The translations under genes were made by a program, and so were the position numbers. DNA of 64,000 nt from Amoebophrya sp. A120 (lineage: Eukaryota > Protista > Dinoflagellata), in contig CAJINV010000012.1 of the NCBI GenBank assembly GCA_905178155.1, positions 3,059,412-3,123,411 on the forward strand, read 5' to 3'. This document shows positions 25,566-37,181 of the stretch, piece after piece. The notes beneath the pieces are model-generated. The model saw only the letters and a program-made list of their open reading frames with translations, made no database searches and was not told the DNA's origin. Within the stretch, counting starts at the first letter, position 1, and every line of letters starts with the position of its first letter.

Positions 25566-28500
25566 ATGGTGCGCCAACCACCGGAAATGTCATCTACCCG
25601 GAATAGTACTAGGGTCGCGGCCTGTTCCGCTGCCTTCCTCTACCTCACCTGCTCCGCCACGCCTATCCTGTGTAAAAACGTCCCCACCCCATAGTCAAGA
25701 TGGGGATTTTGCAACACAAACCTAGGAGTTTTGGGAGTCACGCATGACAAGTTGCACTCCGTAGTGTAGTGCAGGTTAGCAAGTGCAGCCGCGTCACAGA
25801 TCCATCTGCTCATCCTGTTCTCAGCATCACAAATTCCAAAACACGATTGGAAATGTCTACCATGGGTATGCGCATCACAAATGTCTTTGTCATTGCAAAT
25901 CTGCATGACAACTCTGGAGTGGGGACGTTTTTCCTCAGGATAACCCCCGCGAGTAGCTCTACCGCACCGCCGACGGGGGGAGTAACAGCCCCCTCGGTCG
26001 TGCCTACTACTACATTACCGGTGGAGACCGCGACAACAAAGATTGACATTGGGGGAACAAGTACTATCCCCTCTAGGAAGCCTATCCAGGAAAAAAACTG
26101 TGTATGGAAGAGCAGCATCACAAATTCGTTTTGTATTACAGGGAAAACCTGTCGTGATGCGCAGCTAGCACGTGGAAACACGTATGAAACTAGCTTACGA
26201 CGCACGTCCAGCATGACACGTGTAACACTTTTTTGCAATTTCTGCATCACAAACTTACACTCACATAGTTTTTTTCTTGCATAAGGCCAGCAGCAGACGC
26301 AGCGGTCGTGCCGACGGTCGACGCTCAGGCGCTGCTGCGACAGCTTGAGAAGGACATCGAGGAGATTGACCAGCGAAAGGAGCAATTGAAAAACGAGTCC
26401 GAAGCCGAGCCCGACTACACAACCTCCACCCGCGCGCCGAGCTACGAAATGCCCACCCTGGAACTGGGGACGCTGGGACCCACACTTGGGGATTTTCCGG
26501 AATTTGATTTGTACGGGTCCACGAGCTATCAACCGTAAAAATGTCTGGGTCTGGAAGGTTGGAACTTGCGATGCGTGTTGCGGATCATACAAAAATCTGT
26601 GTTGCATGACTTGCAAAAGGTCCCCACTTCTGGCCATGCTGAGAGGGCATTTCTCATGCAGAATAGGCATCACCAAGGGGCTGCAGAACCTGTGATGCTA
26701 CTCCCTGCATTCCAGACTTGGCGGAGCTTGGAAAAACTGCATGACAAATTTCGGAATCTTCCAGACCCAGACATTTTTGCATTTGATACGAGCAGTGGCG
26801 GCGGGGGTGCCGAGGACGGGGAAGGCGGGGATTCGGTTCTGGAAGAGGAGAAGCTCGCGACCATGAGTGAGCAGGAATTGATCCTGTATGGGGTGAAAAA
26901 GTATAGAAAGTTCTTTTTGTTGCTGCTACTTCATGGCATGCTGAAGATCATGTTGAGGGCGTGTTTTGTTGAATGCAACAACACAACGAACTGCCGAACT
27001 TATTCGATTTGATGCTTTATAATTCAAACTACAACTAGAACTACCCACACGACATCTTCAGAAACGTCCCTTTCCGCGGGTCTCCCTCCGACAAGTCGTC
27101 CCCGCAGCCCGCCCTGTACTGCCGCGACCACATCGTCGCGCTTTTCCACGCGTACGTGCTGCAGAAATTTGAGGGGAGCAAAATGCGGTTTCTCCGCCAC
27201 GGCTTCAGCCACTTCGATTTGAACAAGGACGGAACGCTGTCCGAGTTGGAGATGGCCCAGTTCCTCAAATCCCGGAAATCGTTGCTGCACAAGACCTGCA
27301 ACAAGCCGAATATTTTTTTCCACTACGTCAAGAAGCAGAACCGGGTTAAGGACTATTTTAAATTCGAGTACGTCGAGCCAACCGAGCTGTACGTGGAAAA
27401 TGTGTTTTACTACGGGTACGTCGTCCCCTTCGTCGATTTGGCGGTTTTCGTCGGCGAAGCGAGCTACTTCTGGAGCCTGTACTGGAGCAAAAAATTGGAG
27501 GACAGCGCCATCGAGTTCTATGACCAGTCCGTGTCGAATTTCCACCTGTTGGTGAAAAAATCCGAGTTCTGGTTCCGCACGTTCGTCAAGGACCTGTTTT
27601 TCGACGAAAAATTTTACCTGAAACTGCTCTTGCAGGACTACTTCAGCACGAAAGAATCTGCTACTTCTCCCGCGAACAAAATACGCGGCGGGGGAGTAGA
27701 GGGAAGTAAAACCAATGTCGTGATGAAGAACGGGCACGAGATGGCCAAGCTGTGGATCCAGAAGCACCTGAACCTGGACGTGACCTCGCGGGAGTATTTT
27801 TTGCAGGTGAAAAAGGAGGAGGAAATCTTGCAGAAGAAGCTATAACCCGCTCAGGCGTTACAATCTCAAGCGTTACAATAGAATTTGGAAATCTGTGATG
27901 CAAGAAGTGCATAATCCAGGCAGCCAAGTCCGATGTGACTGCGCATGACAAGTTCCGGAGTCCCAAACCGCACTACAATCTGCCGAAATTTGTGTTGCAG
28001 AAAGTGGAATGGTCTGCGAGTCTGTCATGCTCACTATGCAAGACAAATTCCAGATTCGATTGTAACGTTTGAGATTGTAATGTTTGAGCAGGTCATAGAA
28101 GCAGGAGCAAGAAGAAATCAAGCGGAAACTCGCGGAGGAGCATATCACGAGGAAAAATCCCCCCCTCCCCATATCAAAGGGAAGTTTCTGATGCTGGATT
28201 TGCGTATACAAATCAGGTTTGTCTTGCAGTAGAGGACAGCAGGCTCCTGCCAAGCCTGAGTAGAGAGCTTTTGGCCTAGGCGCTTAGCATGAGAAACGTC
28301 TATGCTGTAGGCCCAACAGCATCACAAACGGCCTGCATAATGCGGCAGAGCCTGCGGAGTTGTCTTCTTGCAGGACAGACGTGATTTGTGGTCTCAAATC
28401 AGCAAGACAAATCTCCGGAAACATACCTTTTCGATGTGGGGAGTGGGGATTTTTCCTCTCAATAGAACAGGTGAAGGAAATGGAACGCGAGGCCCGGGCC

Positions 28501-29502
28501 GCCAAGGAAAAAGCGGAAAAGGAGCGGGCCGAGCTGTGCGAGAACAGCTTTATCAAGGGCGAAAACGGGGAAATCTTGCCCAACACGGCGTGCCACGAGT
28601 TTCAGTTCCCGAGTGACGCGGTGGAAGTAGCGGAAAGTATTGCAACGGGAAGCGCAACAAGCATTAACTCAACGGCTGGTGGAAGCACTACCGCTGCTTC
28701 CACGGGGGAAAACAGCAACAGCACAGCAACGGCTTCTTCAGAAAGAAAGACCGAGGCGTCGTCGTCGTCGACGCAACAGTTGCAACAGGATCAAATCATA
28801 CCCGTCGAGTTGGATGTGCATGCGAAGCGGGCTATCCTGAGGAAAAACGTCCCCACCCCATAGTCAAGATGGGAATCTCGCAACACAAATCGAGAAGTTT
28901 TGGGAGTCAAGCATGACAAGTTCCTCTCTGTAGTGTAGTGCAGTTTAGCAAGTACAGCCGCAACACATATCCATCTAGTCAGCTTGTTTACAGCATTACA
29001 AAGTCCAAAACACGATTGGAAATGCCTCGCATGGGGATGCGCATTACAAATCTTCCTGTAACTGCAAATCTGCATGACAAGTATGGGGTGGGGACGTTTT
29101 TACTCAGCATACGGGCCGAGGGCTTTCTGGACACGGATTTCGCAAAATACGACAAGGACCCGTCTGCAGTGGACGGCATTTCGCAGTTGGAGTGGTATTA
29201 TAGGAATCCTTGTTTGACATGCACTACAAATCCACTTGATTAAGTATTGTCTTTCCTTTCTTTGCATACAAAATGCCTGGACATGTAGTTCGAGAATCTT
29301 GAGTCTTCCATAGCTCCTCGCTGCCTGTGAAGATGCATAAAATTCAGCAGTGCACAAATGAAAATCCCTCAGGTTCTACTTTCTGTTCACCGAGCCCTAC
29401 AGCCTCCAGGCGCTGTTTTACACCACCACCATGGACAAAGTCTTGGTCTACAGTTCGATTTTGGTCCCCACCTTTCTGTTCTTCAGCTTCCTGGCCGGGT
29501 AA
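25566..29502 (+). CDS. EF-hand-containing protein with a hydrophobic N-terminus and C-terminal TM segment; 6 introners
   Basis: FDLNKDGTLSELEM EF-hand loop, a second DKDPSAVDGISQLEW-like loop, and a hydrophobic tail VLVYSSILVPTFLFFSFLAG*; start codon tentative. Confidence 0.65.
25664..25942. mobile_element. Introner family B
   Basis: DR ACGCC/ACCCC. Confidence 0.85.
26083..26283. mobile_element. Introner family D
   Basis: DR AAGCC/AGGCC. Confidence 0.85.
26527..26788. mobile_element. Introner family A
   Basis: DR CGAGC. Confidence 0.9.
27841..28097. mobile_element. Introner family G
   Basis: TIR TAT.ACC.GCTCA..C.TTACAATCTCAA; DR GAAGC. Confidence 0.9.
28143..28464. mobile_element. Introner family C
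   Basis: DR GAGCA/GAACA. Confidence 0.85.
28833..29111. mobile_element. Introner family B
   Basis: DR CGGGC. Confidence 0.9.
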
Positions 29503-30311
29503 GAGTCGACGTCTTGTCTGCGTTTGTCAAGAAGCTGATTGAAGATGTACGACAAACTGATAAAAATGGGGAACGAATGCTAGATTTGCATGCCGAATGG
29601 AATTAGAATGTAAATACAAATTGGAAAATGATGAAGATTCAACCTGTATTGTAAAAAACTACGAGTAATAAGGAACGCGCTCTTCTCATTCTCTCATGCT
29701 GATTTCTTTGATAGTACACCATTTTCAATTCGTCAATCGCGACGACAAAGTCAGCTCTTGATAATTAGTAAAAAATCGCACCACACGACCGGAGCTACTT
29801 ACTTCTTTACTGGCACCAACCGAGCTACTGGCACCAACAATGCTGCCGTTTTGTGTTATGATGTTCTGTGTGATGGTCGCTGAAAATTTGGTATTTCTGA
29901 AGGGCATTCCTGGCTGTGGTTTGCACGAGGTGTTGGGTAGTAGTACCACATGGGAGAACAAGCGGTGGTCACAGTCAGCTACTAACTTGGAAAGGAGCGT
30001 GGTGGCAGCGGGTGATGTGGAGTACGTTGTTGTTTGCTTTATAGCAGGGGCAGCAGCGACAAAAAACTCGCTCCTGCGCCGCGCATGGATCACAAGAGAG
30101 AACAAGAGAGCTGTCAATTCTGATCGAGGTGTAGTACAAGCGCGAGAGAGATGTCTAGATACATGTGCCTACACCTAGTCATAAGGCCACCTGTCAAAGT
30201 TGTGCAACCACAAACGTTATCCACAATATCATCTTCCTAGCCTCGTCGGTCCGTCTTTCGAAAATTGTATCAAAAGCTCCCTACGACCACCATCTTCACA
30301 TTTTACACAAA

Positions 30312-33166
30312 ATGCCTCCTGCTCCCGAGCGGGTCGAGACCGAAGATGTTTCGCCCCCGATTTCTCCGCAGAGCTCGATTTCCCGCGAAATCTCGGGCAG
30401 TTTCGGGATTTCGCCCCGTGCGGCTAACGTGTTTCGCCGAAGGGCGACTTTTATGCATGGCAAATATGTCTGGGTCTGAAAGGATGTAACTTGTGATGCT
30501 GCATTTGGATACTGCAAAAATCTGTACTGCATGAACAGCAAAAGATGCTCAGTTTTTGCCACGGCGAAAGGGCATTTCTCATGCGTTATAGGCATCAGGA
30601 AGGCCTCACAAAATCTGTGATGCTAGAGCATGCATCACAGAAGTCAGGAGTCCTGCAAAATGTGCATGACAAAGCTTGCATCCTTCCAGACCCAGACATA
30701 TTTGCATTCGATAACTTTGATCCACGAGACCCGGGCGCAGAAATCTTGGGTCGATTGGTGCCGGTACAAGGGGCGGGAAAAGATTGAGCGGTTTTTGGAA
30801 AGCGACCGCTACATGCAGACCTTCATGCTGGCCTGCGTGTTTCTTTCCACCGTGACATTCTGCTGGGAAACGATGGAGGACTACCAGGAGCGGTACAAGC
30901 TGTACTGGAAGTCGATGGAATTGTATGAAATGCAAATACTTATTTCTGGGCCTGGAAGATTGCCACGCTCGTCATGCATATTGTGCATGACTCATGATGC
31001 CTGTAATGCATAACCTGGCATCACAGATTTTGAGAGGGCTTTCTGATGCGTATTCCGCATAAGGAATGCCCTGTCCGCGTAGCACAAAGTGGACTTCTTT
31101 TGCTGTTTATGCAATACACATTTTTTTGGAATCCGAAGGCAGCATCACAAGTTGCAATTTTCCAGACACCGACAACACATTTGCATTTCATAAATTGGTT
31201 TTCGTCACGATTTTCACGATCGAATACCTCGCGCGGTTGACCGTCACCAGTAAACCCTACAGGGAATTCCTCCTCACCCCGCTGAACATTTTAGACGTCG
31301 TTTCCGTCGTGCCAACCTGGGTGTCATTGCTGGCCGAAGACGGGTATGGATTGCAAAAATGTCTGGGTCTGGAATATTGCAACTTGTCATGCTGTCTTTG
31401 GATTCCCAAAAAATCTGTATTGCGTGACCAGCAACAGGAGCCCAGTTTGTGTTACGCGGAGAGGGCATTTCTCATGCGGAATAGGCATCAGGAAGCCCTC
31501 TAAAAATCTGTGATGCTAGATCATGCATTACATGCATCATGGACGACACAAAATATGCAACACAAATCTCAGAATCTTCCAGACCCAGACATTTTTGCAT
31601 TTGATAACGGCTACTGGATCCACGACCAGCGCATCTTCCGGATTATGACCTGCTCAAACGTTACAATCTCAAACGCTACAATAGAGTCTGGGTTTTGTAT
31701 TGCATGATGAGCATGACAGACTCGGACAGCATTCCACTTTCTGCAATACAAATTTCGCCAGATTGTAGGGGGGATTGGGGCTCCAGAACTTGTCATGCGC
31801 AATCCTATGAGAGTTGGCTAGATAATGCACTTCCTGCAACACAAATTCCAGACTTTACTGCAACGTTTGAGATTGTAATGCCTGAGCGGGGTATACGGAT
31901 TTTCCGGCTCTTCTGGGTGTTCAAGTTCGGAAGACATTCCACCGAAATGAACTACATTGTCACGGGCATGATCGTATCAAATACCACTATGTCTGGGTCT
32001 GGAAGAGTGCAGACATTTGTGATGCAATTTTTGCGTGACGCAAATCGTTGGGCATGCAAGCCCTAGCATCACAGGTTTATTCGAGCAGGTATTCCAATTC
32101 CTAATCCGCATGACAAATCCCTCCTCCTGTGACAAGAAGTGGAGCCTTTTGTTGGCCATGCATGACAGATTCTGGCATGATGTAAAATTGGCATCACAAA
32201 TTCCATTTTTTCCAGACCCAGACATATTAATTTGCAGTGGATAGATCGAGAGCAGGACGTCCTTCTTGCTGTTGTCCACGTTTCTGGTCTTGGCACTGGT
32301 ACGTTGTTGATCGACAAGTTTGAAAGTTTTTTGTCATGCTTGTCGTGCTTGACTTGCATCTTTTATCATGCGGAATTGATATTATCACGCGCACTATCCA
32401 CTTCTACCAAGGTTTTCTTCTCCTATCTCATGTTTTCCGTCGAACGAGGCGAGTGGGACGAAGCCCGAGGCTGTTTTGCCCGCGCGGACGAGCCCCACTA
32501 CAGCGGTTGCAGTCCCTATGCGGACGTGCCAACCGCGATCTACTGGGCAATAACGACGGTGACGACGGTCGGGTACGGGGATACCTACCCGATCACCGCT
32601 TGGGGCAAGCTGGTAACGGGCGCTTGCATGGTGTGCGGGATTTTCTGTGTCGCCTGTCCAACAACCGTGCTCGGAGTGGAGTTTGGAAGTATTTGTGTTG
32701 CGCTGTGTGCAATAAAACGGTGTTTTGTCATGCGAATTAACGCAAGAACGACGAAAATTTTGATTTCATTGACAACAGAATTAGCATCAAATGATGAAAT
32801 TTTCACCTCCCAGACCTCTTCAACCTGACGAAGCTGGAAGCCCGGCGCAAGGTTGCGAGAGGGGAGATGGTGAACATGACAAAAGAGGAGCTGGAGCTGA
32901 TCGGTCTGTTGAAGAAGCTCGGGAAGGCGCGGGGCAGCATGGAGAAGAAGGTGATGTTGATTCGGCAAATTTTGCAAAAGGATGTCTCGACGAGTCAGAC
33001 GACGTCTTCGCGTAGGAAGGGGAGTTCTGAAATCGACAACCACGCCGCGAAATTACTAAGCAGTGACTCCGCGGAAGTGATGGACCAATACGAAGATTTT
33101 TTGTGTCGGACTGTGGAGAATGGGAGGATAGAGTCGGCGCTGAGAGTGGCGCTGGATAAGGATTGA
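30312..33166 (+). CDS. Voltage-gated K+ channel (Kv/Shaker-superfamily-like, 6TM); 5 introners
   Basis: FTIEYLARL (S2), NILDVVSVVP (S3), RIFRIFRLFWVFKFGRHS (S4), YWAITTVTTVGYGD pore. Confidence 0.92.
30452..30713. mobile_element. Introner family A
   Basis: DR ACTTT. Confidence 0.9.
30924..31192. mobile_element. Introner family A
   Basis: DR AATTG. Confidence 0.9.
31345..31606. mobile_element. Introner family A
   Basis: DR ACGGG/ACGGC. Confidence 0.9.
31644..31895. mobile_element. Introner family G (opposite orientation), splits the S4 helix
   Basis: DR CGGAT. Confidence 0.9.
31975..32243. mobile_element. Introner family A
   Basis: DR GATCG. Confidence 0.9.
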
Positions 33167-33609
33167 GGTTGGTAGCGGTGGGGTGTTATCAGTGAAATCC
33201 AGGAAATATGCGACGCCCGTCTTTTTATCGTTTTCTTTTCCTCTTGTTTCACCACAAGAACGATCGAGTTTATATCAACTCGAAGGATTTTGGGATCGCG
33301 AGGAGACTAAGGAAGTATTTTCTCATATCGATGACTGGGTCGTATGGGCTCCAGGTCCCACTGATAAGCGTTTTCAAAAGCGTTCAGCACACAGTAGCAC
33401 TTTGCTACTTTGCAGTGGTAAATTCAATTGCGTTCCATAATGGTAAAAGGTTCGGAAAAGAGTCGCCTGAAACCTTGCGAGCGGTCACTTCGAGTGAGAC
33501 TGAGAGGCGCGCTGCCACTGTTGATGGTGATCAAAAGTAAGATGCTTCGTGTCACAATGCGCATTCTATCCCGGCAGGATTCGTCAGTTTCTCTGTTCTG
33601 CGGGATAGA

Positions 33610-34980
33610 ATGCTGAAGCGGGGCGCTCCGGCGCGCGCTCTGTCGGGCGGTAGAGAGTTTTTGGACTATGCGGGCTTTTGCGACTACGTCCGACCCCTGC
33701 AGTTTTCGTCCGTGCGACAATACAAGGATTGGGTTCATACAGACGCGCGACCGCCAACTGTACCAGTGTGTCCACATATTATGTACAAGAATACCGGCTG
33801 GACTTCGTGGACAAAGGCCCTCGGGTATGAACGCGAGAAGCACTACAACCGGTTTCGGGAAGTACGTGACTTGCAGCGGTCACGGACGATGACCCGGAGC
33901 CGTGGCGCAACGACGAACGGCATCGCACTGCAGCAATTTTGCGATGCGATCAAAAGCAAATCCGGCGACTACGACTTCCTGTGGCTGCGTGGCGGCCGAC
34001 TGGGATTGCTCTTCCGTCAGCGAGAAGCGGTAGCAGATAAGTGGTGCGCGATTCAAGTCAGGACGGCCGAAGTGCGACGCGAATCAGTCCACAAGAAAAT
34101 GGAGTTCCGATTTCACGATGTTGGCCTGGCTGGGCGCGGTACCGAAATCGGAGTCCTCACGGCGTGTGCGAAAGAAGGGAAAATGCAACTGCAATCCTAC
34201 AGCGACATAGAACGAGAAGCATCACACCGAACCCGATTTTACCTCTGGTTGCCCGAGCTGCGCGCGGTCAATGTAAGTGAAATGTTAGGCACGCTAGACG
34301 AAATGTGGAGCACACTGCCGCGGTTGCCAAGCGCCCATTGGATAAATCTTTCCCTGCAGAACACGCGACTTCGGCTCTCCGCGGTTTTGTTGTCACAGGT
34401 GGTGCAGCATCTGTACATTCCGAGCGCCCTGGAGCTACGCTTCGTGTGTCATCGTGGTGACTTTAATTCCTACGACGCAATCGTGGGGTCCGCACGAATG
34501 ATACACCGCACGGCGTGTCTTCTTCCGGGAGATAGCGGTAAAGTGAAGGTCAAGCTAACCCACCCCGTCACCACGGACGCGAACGTTCTCGAGTCGTTCA
34601 CCTTAGACAGGAGCGATCCCTTCGATTTTCTGACAGTCTTCGTACGGGAAGGAGACCTGCTCGTCGGGCTTTTCCTTCTGCCGAAGAGTGCACTCGATGC
34701 TGCGGGCGTGCTGTCGCGAAGTCGTGCAGGGGGTCAGTCGTGCGTTGTCCTGAGTCCGCCCGGTAGCCGGCCGACTTTGCCCAAAATCGCCAAGGTTGTC
34801 CCGGACGAGGAGAAGTTTTATATCGATGTTGCAACAGAAAACGCAGCTCCAGCACGAAAAGCTGAAGCAGTGAACCAATTCAAGCGGATCATGCAGGAAT
34901 TTGGCAGTGATCTCGCACAATTGGCATCCGCCGACTCTAGGGAAGATAGCAATCCGGCTTCGACATTCATTTCCGAGTGA
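33610..34980 (+). CDS. Intronless 456-aa protein: integrase-repeat-like N-terminal unit plus two degenerate PD-(D/E)XK-like segments; paralog 1
   Basis: FCDYVRPLQFSSVRQYKDW...PPTVPVCPHIMYKNTGWTSWTKALG; LLFR...WCAIQVRTA; DPFDFLTV...LFLLPKSAL...GVLS. Confidence 0.8.
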   Translation: MLKRGAPARALSGGREFLDYAGFCDYVRPLQFSSVRQYKDWVHTDARPPTVPVCPHIMYKNTGWTSWTKALGYEREKHYNRFREVRDLQRSRTMTRSRGATTNGIALQQFCDAIKSKSGDYDFLWLRGGRLGLLFRQREAVADKWCAIQVRTAEVRRESVHKKMEFRFHDVGLAGRGTEIGVLTACAKEGKMQLQSYSDIEREASHRTRFYLWLPELRAVNVSEMLGTLDEMWSTLPRLPSAHWINLSLQNTRLRLSAVLLSQVVQHLYIPSALELRFVCHRGDFNSYDAIVGSARMIHRTACLLPGDSGKVKVKLTHPVTTDANVLESFTLDRSDPFDFLTVFVREGDLLVGLFLLPKSALDAAGVLSRSRAGGQSCVVLSPPGSRPTLPKIAKVVPDEEKFYIDVATENAAPARKAEAVNQFKRIMQEFGSDLAQLASADSREDSNPASTFISE

Positions 34981-35474
34981 AAATTCAACGTCTGAACTTG
35001 ATCAATTACCTCGCCCCAAAAATGAGGAACGAACGCTGCGCGGATTTGCAGTGCCGGCTTCCATTCGGATTGCGTGAGGCGATGACTGTAGCACGCCAAG
35101 GATTTATGTGCTGCGGAGCGGCTTTCCGTGATTGTGGCGGAATAGGGAATGTGACATTCTACATACGAGAGCGGGCGTATCCGTACACACACATCAAAAA
35201 TACTTTCTAATTCGATCTATGCAACAGTAGCAACGTTTGAGAAGTATCACTGAAACTAATAGACAACTCATCGAATCATATCATCCTGCCTCGCTTTTTG
35301 CCGGTCCTCATGATGGTGTTGGAGGTCAGTTACTTACGTCGGGGTCAGCAAACATGAGAGGAGGGAGAATGCACTGCTCCTGTGCAAATACCTGGGTGTG
35401 GTCCAAATAGTTTTAAATCGATACCTGTCACCAGCTGAGAGCACCAGGAGAGCTGAAGCTCCGCGCCAAACAAG

Positions 35475-36833
35475 ATGTTCAAGCGTTTTTCTCCGTTGCT
35501 TGGCCGAGGGCGTCCCAAATGCGCAGACTTCTTGGAATTCGGTGGATTTTGCGAGTACGTCCGGGAGTTGAAATTCCGCGACGTTCTTCAGTACCAGAAC
35601 TGGGTCCGCCACGGGTCGTGCCCGAAAATGATACCGCACTGTCCGGACAAAGTGTACAAAGACCGTGGTTGGGTGTCGTGGAGGCACGCGCTGGGGTATA
35701 CTCACGAATGCAAGCACAATAAAGTGCAAGACTTCGACGAGTTGCCGCGCGCCGAGACCCTCTGGCGCGGTCGCGGAATGACAAATAATCGCGTAGCGCA
35801 GGAACAGTTTTACAAGCAGATCACCGGCGCAACTTCTGACTTTGAGTTCCTGTGGGTTCGAGGTGGTCTTGCCGGCCTGCTTTTTCGCCGCACCGGCGCG
35901 CCCGACAAAAGATGGTGCGCGATTCAAGTTCGAACGGCGGAGTGTCGGCGGAAAGCACCTTCGGGGGAGATGAAGTTCCGGCTAGTGGACGTTGGCGTTC
36001 CCGCTACCGACGCAGGAATCCTCGTGGTTGCTCCAAGTGAAAACAAGATGCAGCTCTTTGCCCATTCCGAACTGGAAGCGTGCTGCGAGAGCAAGACCAC
36101 AGCGTGCCGAAATTCGATCTGGATGTCGGATATTGCAACAGCGAGTACATGTGACTTGACACGGAATCTGTTTGGACTTTGGGATGTACTGCCACGATTC
36201 GAGTGCGCAGAGTGGATGAGAATTCTGGTCCGCAGTCGGCTGCACCGGTTGCACGCTCTTGTCATTCCGCAGCTGATCGACAGGCTGTACAAGCCCAGCG
36301 GTCTCCCGTACAGCTTCGTCACGAAATGGGGCAAGTTGAACGCTTCGGACATGATCGTTGGTCCGGCACGCATGTTGCATCGAACGGGCGTCCACACACG
36401 ACAGCGAGACGGAAGAATCAAAGTCAAGGCCACGGCAGAAGTGAAAACGGATACGAAAGAGGTGCAGCGATTTACACTGGACACCGGGGATCCATTCGAT
36501 TATCTTGTTGTTCCGGTCCACGTGGACGAAGTCGTCCGTGGCGTCTACGCTTTGCCAAAAGTGGCTCTGGCTTCCGCGAACGTTCTGTCGCGCAATCGAG
36601 TTGGAGGACGGTCCGCATTTACGCTGTACCCCCCTGGATGTGGATCGGATCGGCGAGTGCAGTACCGGGCTATCCCCGGCGAAGAACGGTTTTACGTGGA
36701 CATGTCGTCTTCTGGTGTTGAGGTGGAGAAGTTTGCGGGTTTGTTGCGAGACCACAGCGACAGCACTACTGGTGCGTCCGCTTGTCCGGAGACGCCTTTT
36801 GAAGATTCTTCCCAAGACAAAAATGATGAGTAG
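35475..36833 (+). CDS. Intronless 452-aa tandem paralog 2 of the same family
   Basis: Collinear similarity to 33610-34980 (YVRELKFRDVLQYQNW, YKDRGWVSWRHALG, WCAIQVRTA, DPFDYLVV). Confidence 0.8.
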   Translation: MFKRFSPLLGRGRPKCADFLEFGGFCEYVRELKFRDVLQYQNWVRHGSCPKMIPHCPDKVYKDRGWVSWRHALGYTHECKHNKVQDFDELPRAETLWRGRGMTNNRVAQEQFYKQITGATSDFEFLWVRGGLAGLLFRRTGAPDKRWCAIQVRTAECRRKAPSGEMKFRLVDVGVPATDAGILVVAPSENKMQLFAHSELEACCESKTTACRNSIWMSDIATASTCDLTRNLFGLWDVLPRFECAEWMRILVRSRLHRLHALVIPQLIDRLYKPSGLPYSFVTKWGKLNASDMIVGPARMLHRTGVHTRQRDGRIKVKATAEVKTDTKEVQRFTLDTGDPFDYLVVPVHVDEVVRGVYALPKVALASANVLSRNRVGGRSAFTLYPPGCGSDRRVQYRAIPGEERFYVDMSSSGVEVEKFAGLLRDHSDSTTGASACPETPFEDSSQDKNDE

Positions 36834-37181
36834 ATGAGACTTCTAACGGTCGCAGTGCAATGAATTCGCGGAATATCATCGGCCTGGAAAAAACCGGAAC
36901 TTGCTTTCTCCATCTGGCCGCAATTATAGAGGAGAGTGTTTATTTTTAGAGTCGCCGTCGAGTGAAATTAGAACGGTATTTAAGAATTCCATGAATGGTA
37001 CTAGATACACGCACCGCTGAACGATTCGCCCGTTGTCAACTGCACAAAGCATTATGCACTACTCATAGCCTGTGTTACAGCGTACTATTACAGAATGATG
37101 TTGACCTTTTGATGCAAAATCTCGAATGCATGCGGCGTTGTAAACTTCTTTGCTAGAAGAAAGCCAAGCCCTTGCGCCATT

